Origin: an uncultured Muribaculaceae bacterium
Lineage (GTDB): Bacteria > Bacillota_I > Bacilli_A > RF39 > UBA660
Assembly (NCBI GenBank): GCA_964493665.1
Contig: CAZBOZ010000004.1
Span: forward strand, 388-64,387
Length of the DNA: 64,000 nucleotides
Direction: 5' to 3'
Part shown: positions 9,621 to 17,491 of the stretch, one piece after another
Layout: each line of letters starts with the position of its first letter
How positions within the stretch are numbered: position 1 is the first letter of the stretch
The notes under the pieces: model-generated
The model's database searches: none
The model's input: the letters and a program-made list of their open reading frames with translations, nothing else
What the model was told of the DNA's origin: nothing
Made by a program: the position numbers and the translations under genes

Positions 9621-10994
9621 TTAAAATACGATCTTTTCTTCAATATATTTTTCTAAATCAGTTAAATTAATAACTTCTTGTTTCATATTATCTCTATTTC
9701 TAACAGTAACAGTATTATTATTTAAAGTTTCATCATCAATCGTTATACAAAAAGGTGTACCAATCGCATCTTGTCTTCGATATCTTTTGCCTATACTAGC
9801 ACTATCATCATAAGTAAGCATAAACTTTTTAGATAGCTCCTTATATATGTCCATTGCTTTTTCACTATGAAGCTTTTTAATTAAAGGCAAAATAGCTACT
9901 TTATATGGTGCTAAATAAGGGTGTAATTTTAATACTTCCCTCTCAGTATTATCTTCTAGTAGCTCTTTTTTATAAGCATCACATATTAGTGATAAAAACA
10001 TTCTTTCTACTCCTACCGATGGTTCAATTACATAAGGAATATATTTTTCATTAGTTTCTGGATCTAAATATTCTTGTTTAATTCCAGAAAATTCTTGATG
10101 TTGTTTTAAATCATAGTCAGTTCTACTTGCTATACCCCAAAGTTCTCCCCAACCAAATGGGAATTTATATTCTATATCAGTTGTAGCATTACTATAAAAA
10201 CTTAATTCTTCTTCGGAATGATCTCTAAGCTTGATATTTTCTTCTTTTAAACCCAAAGATAATAAAAAGTTTTTACAATATTCTTTATAATATTTAAACC
10301 AATCTAATTCTGTTCCAGGCTTACAAAAAAATTCCAACTCCATTTGCTCAAATTCTCTTACTCTAAAAATAAAATTACCTGGAGTTATTTCATTTCTAAA
10401 ACTTTTACCAGCTTGACCAATCCCAAAAGGAATTTTTAATCTCATACTTCTTTGAACATTTAAAAAATCAACAAAAATTCCTTGAGCAGTTTCTGGCCTT
10501 AAATACACTATACTTTTTACATCTTCTATAACACCTTGGTATGTTTTAAACATTAAATTAAATTTTCTAATATCAGTGTAATCTAATTTACCACATTTAG
10601 GGCAAACCATTTTATTATCGTTTATATATTTAATTAATTCTTCTTCGGTCATTTTTGTTGAATCAACATCAGAATTTTCTTCTACTAATTTGTCAGCACG
10701 ATATCTAGATTTACAACTTTTGCAATCTATTAAAGGATCTGAAAAAGTAGAAATGTGGCCACTTGCTTCCCACACTTTTGGATTCATTAAAATAGCACTA
10801 TCTAAACTGACATTATTTGGATCTTCTTGAATAAATTTCTTTACCCAAGCAGCTTTTATATTATTTTTTAATAATGCTCCTAATGGGCCAAAATCCCAAG
10901 CGTTAGCAAGCCCACCATATATTTCACTACCTTGAAAAATAAAGCCATATTGCTTACAAAAACTTACTAATTCTTCCATTGTTAATTCTTTCAA
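9621..10994 (-). CDS. glyQS: Glycyl-tRNA synthetase (dimeric, class II)
   Basis: [20 protein letters not shown] and the class II motifs. 457 aa. TTG start with RBS AAGAGG at 9-nt spacing. Confidence 0.85.
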   Translation of the reverse strand: MKELTMEELVSFCKQYGFIFQGSEIYGGLANAWDFGPLGALLKNNIKAAWVKKFIQEDPNNVSLDSAILMNPKVWEASGHISTFSDPLIDCKSCKSRYRADKLVEENSDVDSTKMTEEELIKYINDNKMVCPKCGKLDYTDIRKFNLMFKTYQGVIEDVKSIVYLRPETAQGIFVDFLNVQRSMRLKIPFGIGQAGKSFRNEITPGNFIFRVREFEQMELEFFCKPGTELDWFKYYKEYCKNFLLSLGLKEENIKLRDHSEEELSFYSNATTDIEYKFPFGWGELWGIASRTDYDLKQHQEFSGIKQEYLDPETNEKYIPYVIEPSVGVERMFLSLICDAYKKELLEDNTEREVLKLHPYLAPYKVAILPLIKKLHSEKAMDIYKELSKKFMLTYDDSASIGKRYRRQDAIGTPFCITIDDETLNNNTVTVRNRDNMKQEVINLTDLEKYIEEKIVF

Positions 10995-11072
10995 TTAAAT
11001 CAGCCTCTTTTCTTAATAATTATACCATATAACCAAAAACATTTATCATTTAAATTATATTTTAGCATACTA

Positions 11073-11101
11073 ATAAAAAAATTACTCATTTCCTGAGTAA
11101 T
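11073..11101 (-). terminator. Rho-independent terminator after DUF1292 gene
   Basis: Minus strand ATTACTCA-ggaaa-TGAGTAAT followed by TTTTTTT. The stop codon is embedded in the stem. Confidence 0.6.
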
Positions 11102-11333
11102 TTTCTTTAACTTGCTTTAAAGCATCTTCTACTATTTGCATATCTGAAGCTGGAGCTGGAGTTAAATCGTTTTCGTCCGTTGTATAATAATAAGCATATA
11201 AATTTACTTTACCAGAAGTATCTTTTGAATTATCAGTATAAACTGCATATTTCTTATTATCATCTGCTTCAAATTTTAGTATTAATTCCATTTCTACTTC
11301 AACACCATTTTTATTAACTTTAATTTTTTCCAT
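11082..11333 (-). CDS. DUF1292/UPF0473-like small acidic protein
   Basis: 83 aa. Pattern ELILKFEADDNKKYAVYTDNS...YAYYY...DMQIVEDAL resembles the UPF0473 family. Confidence 0.45.
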   Translation of the reverse strand: MEKIKVNKNGVEVEMELILKFEADDNKKYAVYTDNSKDTSGKVNLYAYYYTTDENDLTPAPASDMQIVEDALKQVKENYSGNE

Positions 11334-11354
11334 TTTTATTCTCCTTAACCTTTA

Positions 11355-12713
11355 TTAACGACCTAGTCTTGTAGCTCTTGATTCCGCTTGTTCTTTTGCC
11401 ATAGCAATGAACAATCTTATATCCTCAGAGCTCCCCGAAGCAGTTCTTTCACTACTTAATTTGTATAGCCCAGAATTATATTTATTATTAATATCAATAA
11501 AACTATAGCTTAAATCATCTTTAATATAAGTGATTCGCTCAATAGCTCTCTGGTATGTACATAATTCAGTCGTGCCCGTTTGATCATTTTGAATAATATA
11601 AATTTTCAATTGCTCTGGATCATAAATAGAAGTCTCTGGATCATTCCCTACTGAAGTTACCACTCCAATAATAGGATCATCTCCATTAGGGCTACCATCA
11701 ATATAAGTAAGAGGGTTTTCATCAAGCCTTGTTTGTGCCTTATAAAAACCAATTGCATCTTTTTTACCGATAAAAGTCAAATAAGGATAAGCAGCTAAAT
11801 ATTCATCAGAAAGTGGTTTAAAAGACCAAAATAAATCTGTTACCACATCTCTACTAGGAATCTCATTTGCACTGCCAAGCTGAGCAGACCATAACATTAA
11901 TCCTTCAGGGACCTTAGGCGCTCCACTGCCAATCACTTGTTCAGGAAGGCTATATCCGTATATATACATTGCGGTTCTTTGATTTGAAGCCACTTTGTCA
12001 CGTGCAGCTTCAAGTCTTTGCAATTGAGCTTCAATTTTGAAATATTTTTCGGATAAAGCTGAGTCTTCGTTTTTTCTTGCCGTTTCCCAAAAGTCTGAAA
12101 CTATTTGATCATTTGCATCAAGCATGGCTTGTTTTCTATCAAAAATTCCTACATATCTTTCACCAGGTACGCAGCCACTAGCTACTTTTGAAGCTTCTTC
12201 AAAAGTCACAAGTCTAGATTCACCAGTTTTTATGTTGGTCACTTTGTAAATAGCTGAGTTTTCAACACATAAAGGCGTAAATATTGTTGAATTATTATCA
12301 GGAGTAGCACTTAAATAAGCAATCGATTTACCATTAAAGTCTTCTTGAACAAAAAACATTGGAACGTTTATTTCACCAACTTTCACTAATCCTAGCTTTA
12401 TTTCATCTTCTGACGATAATTCTGTCAGCCCTAAAAACAATGTAGCAGATATTTGCTCTCCTTGTGGCGAAGTTGTAGTTCTGCTAAGCCAAGAACTTAA
12501 GCCTAACCTTTTTTGTTCTTCGGTGCTTAAATCTCCTTTGTTATAACTATAAACATATGTTGTGGTTCCTTTTACTTGTTTTTCATCCTCATTAAATGCG
12601 TAATCAATATCTGTCGCTGGTTTAATTACAGGTAATCCCTCATTTACATAAAACCCTAACGACAATATTGTTAGTGATCCAACTAACAATATTTTTTTTA
12701 CTCCTCTACTCAT
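11355..12713 (-). CDS. Secreted protein of unknown function (signal peptide)
   Basis: MSRGVKKILLVGSLTILSLGFYV signal-like N-terminus. 452 aa. No recognisable domain. Sits between recO and glyQS, where gene order is otherwise conserved. Confidence 0.4.
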   Translation of the reverse strand: MSRGVKKILLVGSLTILSLGFYVNEGLPVIKPATDIDYAFNEDEKQVKGTTTYVYSYNKGDLSTEEQKRLGLSSWLSRTTTSPQGEQISATLFLGLTELSSEDEIKLGLVKVGEINVPMFFVQEDFNGKSIAYLSATPDNNSTIFTPLCVENSAIYKVTNIKTGESRLVTFEEASKVASGCVPGERYVGIFDRKQAMLDANDQIVSDFWETARKNEDSALSEKYFKIEAQLQRLEAARDKVASNQRTAMYIYGYSLPEQVIGSGAPKVPEGLMLWSAQLGSANEIPSRDVVTDLFWSFKPLSDEYLAAYPYLTFIGKKDAIGFYKAQTRLDENPLTYIDGSPNGDDPIIGVVTSVGNDPETSIYDPEQLKIYIIQNDQTGTTELCTYQRAIERITYIKDDLSYSFIDINNKYNSGLYKLSSERTASGSSEDIRLFIAMAKEQAESRATRLGR

Positions 12714-12754
12714 AAATTTTCTCCTTTTCTTTTATAAAATAATAATATCATATT

Positions 12755-13483
12755 TTATTTTCTTATGCTATCTAAAAACTTTTTACTATTTAAATATAAA
12801 CCTGTGTATTTGTCATAATAATTATTTAAAAATAAATCTATTTTATGAGATATATCATATTTAATATCTATTTTAGATATTGAGTCTATTTCAACATAAT
12901 AATACATCCTAATCATTTTAATTATTTTAGCATCTAAAACTTCTTCGTCATTATGACATTTACTACATATATAACCACCCTGCGAAGGATCTATAGTAAT
13001 TATATTATCTTTGTTACCACATTTAACACACTTATTTAGCTCTAAGCTTATTCCTAGATAATCAAGCAGTTTTAATTCTAATATATTGGTCATTATTACC
13101 GGATCTAAACCAGATTCTATTTTAAGAATAGTTTTTATAAATAAATTATATATTTCATCATTACTATTTTGCTTATAAACTTGAGTAGTAAGTTCTACTA
13201 AATAATTTAAATAGCCCATTAAAAGAATGTCTTGTTTTATATTAGATAAATTATCTATAACATCAACAGAAATTAAATTTGATAGTTTATCTTTTTTATA
13301 ATAAATATTAAATACTCCATAACTAAATTTAGTAGTTACTGCTCTTAAACGACTTTTAATACTTTTAGCACCTTTACAAATAATTCCAATTATGCCATAT
13401 TGTTTAGAAAATAAATTAATAATTTTACTCGTTTCACCATAAGGAGTTTCACTTATAACTATTCCTTCTACACTTTCAATCAT
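12755..13483 (-). CDS. recO: DNA repair protein RecO
   Basis: OB-fold N-terminus and zinc-finger CVKCG...CSKCH. Synteny era-recO. Confidence 0.8.
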   Translation of the reverse strand: MIESVEGIVISETPYGETSKIINLFSKQYGIIGIICKGAKSIKSRLRAVTTKFSYGVFNIYYKKDKLSNLISVDVIDNLSNIKQDILLMGYLNYLVELTTQVYKQNSNDEIYNLFIKTILKIESGLDPVIMTNILELKLLDYLGISLELNKCVKCGNKDNIITIDPSQGGYICSKCHNDEEVLDAKIIKMIRMYYYVEIDSISKIDIKYDISHKIDLFLNNYYDKYTGLYLNSKKFLDSIRK

Positions 13484-13492
13484 ATTATGCCT

Positions 13493-14377
13493 TTACTCAA
13501 AATCATTAAAACCAAACTCTTGTAGTCTTTTCTCTTTATCACGCCAGTTACGAATAGTTTTAACATATAATTCTAAATATACTTTTTTATTTAGATAATT
13601 TTCTAAATCAATTCTGGCATCAGTACCAATACTTTTTAACATACCACCTTTTTTACCAATAATTATCTTTTTTAAAGCGTCTCTTTCAACTATAATATCA
13701 ACTGTAATATTAAATATATCTTTTTTTTCTTCTACTCCAGTTGTTACACAAGTAACACTATGAGGGACTTCTTTTTCAGTTTTATCTAAAACTTTTTCGC
13801 GAACAAGTTCACTAATCATAAAATTTCTACTATTAGTAGTTTTAACATCGCTATCAAAATATCTTACTTCATCGGTTAAATGACTTTTTATAACATTAAT
13901 TAAAGTACGAATATTGTTATCTTGTAAAGCTGATATTGGGACTATATTAGCAAAGGGATATAAGTCCTTATACTCTTCTATTTTTTTAATTAAGTCTTCT
14001 TTACTAATTAAGTCTACTTTGTTTATAACTAAAACCACTGGTATTATAGTACTTTTTAAAACTTCTAAAATATATCTTTCCTGAGACCCTAAAAACTCAC
14101 TACCATCTATAAGAAATAAAATTAAATCTACTTCTTGAATTAATGCTAAAGATTGTTTATTTAATATTCTGCCCAATTTGTTAATAGGTTTGTGAATGCC
14201 TGGAGTATCAACAAAGATTATTTGAGCATCGTTATCATTATAAATCCCCTGAATAATATTTCTAGTCGTTTGAGGCTTTGAAGAAGTGATGGCAATTTTT
14301 GTACCAACTATAGTATTAATTAGAGTACTTTTACCAGCATTTGGTCGACCAATTAAACTAACAAATCCACTTTTCAT
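13493..14377 (-). CDS. era: GTPase Era
   Basis: MKSGFVSLIGRPNAGKSTL G1 motif, DTPG, NKVD and a C-terminal KH domain. The ATG at 14377 has RBS AGGTGG at 5-nt spacing. The track start at 14386 is a GTG. Confidence 0.85.
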   Translation of the reverse strand: MKSGFVSLIGRPNAGKSTLINTIVGTKIAITSSKPQTTRNIIQGIYNDNDAQIIFVDTPGIHKPINKLGRILNKQSLALIQEVDLILFLIDGSEFLGSQERYILEVLKSTIIPVVLVINKVDLISKEDLIKKIEEYKDLYPFANIVPISALQDNNIRTLINVIKSHLTDEVRYFDSDVKTTNSRNFMISELVREKVLDKTEKEVPHSVTCVTTGVEEKKDIFNITVDIIVERDALKKIIIGKKGGMLKSIGTDARIDLENYLNKKVYLELYVKTIRNWRDKEKRLQEFGFNDFE

Positions 14378-14386
14378 ATAACCCAC

Positions 14387-14830
14387 CTACTTAATTATTT
14401 TTAATTCCTTTAATATTTCATCTTGCAATGCAAACATAACTTCTTCATCTTCCGTTTTTTGATGATCATATCCTAAAAGATGCAATAAACCATGAAGCCC
14501 CAAAAAAGACAATTCCCTTTTTTCACTATGGCCATACATTTTAGCTTGTTTTTTCATTCTTGGAATACATATTAATATATCTCCCAACATTTCAACATTT
14601 ACTTTATCATGATTATCTAAAAAAGCAAAGGAAATTACGTCAGTTATTTTATTTATATGACGATACTTTTTATTAATTTTTCTAATATAATTTTCATTAA
14701 CAAAAGTTACAGAAAAAACGACATCCTTTTTATCAAGTTTTTTTAGAGCATAATTTAAAACATCTAAAAAATAATCATAGTTTTTATACTTAACCAAATT
14801 ATTAATATTTATTTCATTCATACTAACCAT
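14387..14830 (-). CDS. ybeY: rRNA maturation RNase YbeY
   Basis: HGLLHLLGYDH metal-binding motif. 147 aa. Confidence 0.85.
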   Translation of the reverse strand: MVSMNEININNLVKYKNYDYFLDVLNYALKKLDKKDVVFSVTFVNENYIRKINKKYRHINKITDVISFAFLDNHDKVNVEMLGDILICIPRMKKQAKMYGHSEKRELSFLGLHGLLHLLGYDHQKTEDEEVMFALQDEILKELKIIK

Positions 14831-15435
14831 CCAAAACTAATAATCCCTAAAAAATATAAAATGACAAATACGACAATGGCAATTGCTACAACATTATACA
14901 AAAAATCATTTTGAAATAATCCAGGCAAATGTTTTTTTATTGCTGTTAATCCTATATATAAAAGAAAACCAATTATTCCACCAATAAGATATTCAATAAT
15001 ATTATCTATATTAAATGATCCGACTACTTTAAGCTCTATAAATTCAATAGCTAATCCCGTTATCATACTTATAATACAAATAGAACCAAGTTTCTTTGCC
15101 CCTATATAATTAGATATAAAATAGCCAAAAGGAATAAACAATAAAATATTAGAAAATATATAATTTAAATATTTAGAATTATTTAAAGCTTCATTTAAAG
15201 TCATCGCAAATGGTAATAGATTTATCCCTGATTTATATAGTTCTATTTCTTTTAATAAATTAAAAAGAACAACTAAATAAATTATAAAGAACAATCCTAA
15301 AATTTCTTTATAAAAAACCAAGCTTTTGCCATTTGATTTAAGATAATAAATCCTAGTTATTATTAAAACCACGGAAAATACCGCTAAAGTTGGCCAAATA
15401 TTTTCTATCACTTTAAATAAGGTAGTATCTAGCAT
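14818..15435 (-). CDS. VanZ-like family membrane protein
   Basis: Multi-TM protein with the NILLFIPFGYF motif (N..LF.PFG) characteristic of VanZ-like proteins. Confidence 0.5.
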   Translation of the reverse strand: MLDTTLFKVIENIWPTLAVFSVVLIITRIYYLKSNGKSLVFYKEILGLFFIIYLVVLFNLLKEIELYKSGINLLPFAMTLNEALNNSKYLNYIFSNILLFIPFGYFISNYIGAKKLGSICIISMITGLAIEFIELKVVGSFNIDNIIEYLIGGIIGFLLYIGLTAIKKHLPGLFQNDFLYNVVAIAIVVFVILYFLGIISFGWLV

Positions 15436-15512
15436 CTTAATTCTCCTCTAAATATTCTTTTATATTTACCATTTTACTATTTTTTTGGGGTTTTTAAAAG
15501 ACTTTTTTGCAT

Positions 15513-15541
15513 AAAAAAAGACTTTTTTTAAAAGTCTTAGA
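15513..15541 (-). terminator. Rho-independent terminator after rpsU
   Basis: Minus strand AAGACTTTT-aaa-AAAAGTCTT followed by a T-run. Overlaps the rpsU stop. Confidence 0.55.
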
Positions 15542-15728
15542 ATCTACTTTTATTATGCTTCCTTGCATTTTTAGTATTTTCCTTTTTTTCATTACGCTTT
15601 TTAACGCCCGGTTTTTCATAATGCTTCCTTTTTTTTATTTCAGAAGGGATGCCATCTTTTGCTACTTGCATTTTAAATCTTTTTAAAGCGCCATCAATAT
15701 TTCCATTTCTTACTTCTACTTTTGCCAT
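15537..15728 (-). CDS. rpsU: 30S ribosomal protein S21
   Basis: MAKVEVRNGNIDGALKRFKMQVAKDG...HYEKPGVKKR. RBS GGGAGGGATAAA. Confidence 0.9.
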   Translation of the reverse strand: MAKVEVRNGNIDGALKRFKMQVAKDGIPSEIKKRKHYEKPGVKKRNEKKENTKNARKHNKSRF

Positions 15729-15748
15729 TTTATCCCTCCCTTCAAAGA

Positions 15749-15773
15749 CAAAAAAATTATAACACCGTTATAA
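15749..15773 (-). terminator. Rho-independent terminator after the 386-aa secreted-protein gene
   Basis: Minus strand ATTATAAC-ggtg-TTATAAT followed by TTTTTT. Confidence 0.5.
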
Positions 15774-15791
15774 TCTTTTTTCAACAATTAT

Positions 15792-16952
15792 TCAATCAGT
15801 TATAATTACATATGGATCAGTTAAAGTCCCACTCCCAGTAGCTTCTGTTCCTGCCATCAGGTTTATTACCGGTCTTACTCCAAATGCATAATTAACTGGA
15901 TAATTATATAAAAATCCTGTGGAGTCGACATACATAGCATAAGATGTCCCATTTTCATACCACATGCTTGGTGACATTGTCCACCAATAAGTATTAACAA
16001 AGCTATTATTATATAAGAAATAGCTAGTATTAGCAGTATCCCATTTACCACCAGCATAAATTACTTCGTCTGCGGATAAAAGGCCAATAGATTCTGTTAA
16101 TGCATAAAGAACGTTATAATAGTCTTTTATTAAAACTCCTTCTGAAGAACAATTAAGCGAAGCACTACTATTAGATACAATTCTTGAATAAGGAGAATAA
16201 TACCAAGAAGCCCCAGTTTGACCATTCCATTCCTTATCATTACAAAATTTTGCATCAGCAATATAATCACTATAATCTGTCAAATAAGTATCATAAAAAC
16301 TATTTAAACTGGTTTCGATATCACTGCCAATATAATCAACATGGCTTTCAGCAATCGCTTCTAAAGATGAACTAGGAGCCGATGAAGTTGTATAATTGGT
16401 ATTAAATTTGGTGTTAATTCCAGAACAGCCACTACTACAAACTGAATCATTATCCACTTCTCTCGTGCTTGTTAAGCCATCCAAAACAATTCTGATTGAT
16501 TGATCGCCATTCACTCTTACTATACGCCATATAAATCCCGCAAACGAAACATAATTCCTAGTAATATTACCTCTATAATAGAACGATACTCCATCGTTAT
16601 CTAAAGTGGTGTATATACCATTTTCCGCCACCTGTGTGTTTGAGTCAGTAACAGTTTCAACTGCTGCTTTAGATAATGTTGCACTATCACAACTTTTTGT
16701 TATATTAGTGTCTGCCAACACTAAATAGCCTAAATCATTAATACTAGAATATTCGGCAGTAATATCACAAATTTGTAAATAATATTGATTGATTACTTCT
16801 CCCGTCTCTAATTCATTTATTATTTCTTTATTTAACTTTCTAAGTACTATTCTTGAGTGAGCATAATTAACTAATATGGCAATCATAACAGAAACAAATA
16901 AAATAAAAAACGCATATACTAAAGACATTGATATAAATCCATTTTTTCTCAT
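15792..16952 (-). CDS. Secreted/membrane-anchored Cys-rich protein, unknown function, last gene of the bacteriocin operon
   Basis: N-terminal anchor MRKNGFISMSLVYAFFILFVSVMIAILV. About 12 Cys. C-terminal AFGVRPVINL. RBS GGGAG 8 nt upstream of the ATG at 16952. Only 72 nt downstream of the putative immunity ORF, same strand. Confidence 0.5.
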   Translation of the reverse strand: MRKNGFISMSLVYAFFILFVSVMIAILVNYAHSRIVLRKLNKEIINELETGEVINQYYLQICDITAEYSSINDLGYLVLADTNITKSCDSATLSKAAVETVTDSNTQVAENGIYTTLDNDGVSFYYRGNITRNYVSFAGFIWRIVRVNGDQSIRIVLDGLTSTREVDNDSVCSSGCSGINTKFNTNYTTSSAPSSSLEAIAESHVDYIGSDIETSLNSFYDTYLTDYSDYIADAKFCNDKEWNGQTGASWYYSPYSRIVSNSSASLNCSSEGVLIKDYYNVLYALTESIGLLSADEVIYAGGKWDTANTSYFLYNNSFVNTYWWTMSPSMWYENGTSYAMYVDSTGFLYNYPVNYAFGVRPVINLMAGTEATGSGTLTDPYVIITD

Positions 16953-17024
16953 TAAAAATACTCCCTTTATTATTAATTTAATTATATTACATTTTTAATC
17001 AAAATAAAAGAGAATAAATCTCTT

Positions 17025-17192
17025 TTAAATGCATAAAGCCAAACTATATATAGCTCTAATTATTGTCCCAACATATCTTCCTAGATTTAAAACAAATGTA
17101 GTTGATATTCCTATTAAATAAAATATTAATGGTGAACAAATAATTAAAGAAACTATAAGTATTATCTTTTTACTTTTTAATTTAGCTGGCAT
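17025..17192 (-). CDS. 55-aa hydrophobic two-helix peptide, candidate bacteriocin immunity protein
   Basis: MPAKLKSKKIILIVSLIICSPLIFYLIGISTTFVLNLGRYVGTIIRAIYSLALCI. The ATG overlaps the 3' end of precursor 1 in another frame. No strong SD, so translational coupling is possible. Below the 60-aa cut-off of the ORF track. Confidence 0.3.
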   Translation of the reverse strand: MPAKLKSKKIILIVSLIICSPLIFYLIGISTTFVLNLGRYVGTIIRAIYSLALCI

Positions 17193-17341
17193 AAATTTCT
17201 AGAAGCAATTCTTCTAATGGCTGTTCCTAAACTTCTTCCCATATCCAAAAGAGCACTAATAGCTCTAGAAATAGAATTGATTAAAGTCCCAGTTAAAGTT
17301 CCACCTACTATAAATATTAGTTCTTCATTACTTAATTTCAT
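17177..17341 (-). CDS. Class II bacteriocin precursor with double-glycine leader (peptide 1, 54 aa)
   Basis: MKLSNEELIFIVGG|TLTGTLINSISRAISALLDMGRSLGTAIRRIASRNLCQLN. Leader matches the LS-EL-I-GG consensus. The mature part is cationic (5 Arg), has a GxxxG motif (GTLTG) and one Cys near the C-terminus. RBS AGGAGAG. Confidence 0.7.
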   Translation of the reverse strand: MKLSNEELIFIVGGTLTGTLINSISRAISALLDMGRSLGTAIRRIASRNLCQLN

Positions 17342-17350
17342 ATATCTCTC

Positions 17351-17491
17351 CTAGTTGCATTTAAGTGGTCTAACTATACCATCTATTACACCTATAAGAA
17401 AAGTAATGCCAGCTGCAATTGCTGCTAATATAGCCCATTTAATTGCTCCTCCTTCCACTAAGATTAGTTCTTCATTTGTTAATTTTTTCAT
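17351..17491 (-). CDS. Class II bacteriocin precursor with double-glycine leader (peptide 2, 46 aa)
   Basis: MKKLTNEELILVEGG|AIKWAILAAIAAGITFLIGVIDGIVRPLKCN. The mature part is hydrophobic with a GxxxG motif (GVIDG) and one Cys near the C-terminus. Its ATG overlaps the ABC transporter TGA stop (ATGA). RBS GGGGGAGAG. Confidence 0.7.
   Translation of the reverse strand: MKKLTNEELILVEGGAIKWAILAAIAAGITFLIGVIDGIVRPLKCN

Noticed and set aside
10995-11081. Possible T-box or riboswitch upstream of glyQS
   Set aside because: Only about 87 nt are available, and part of it is the DUF1292 terminator. No GGUGGNACCGCG-like T-box core was seen.
15497-15541. Tandem AAAGACTTTTTT repeats considered as a repeat or CRISPR-like element
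   Set aside because: Only two short copies form the stem and flank of the rpsU terminator. No spacer-repeat periodicity exists anywhere in the window.
15792-16952. Calling the 386-aa protein a type IV pilin
   Set aside because: The N-terminus KNGFISMSL lacks the Glu at +5 and the preceding basic leader of canonical prepilins. It is noted only as a resemblance.
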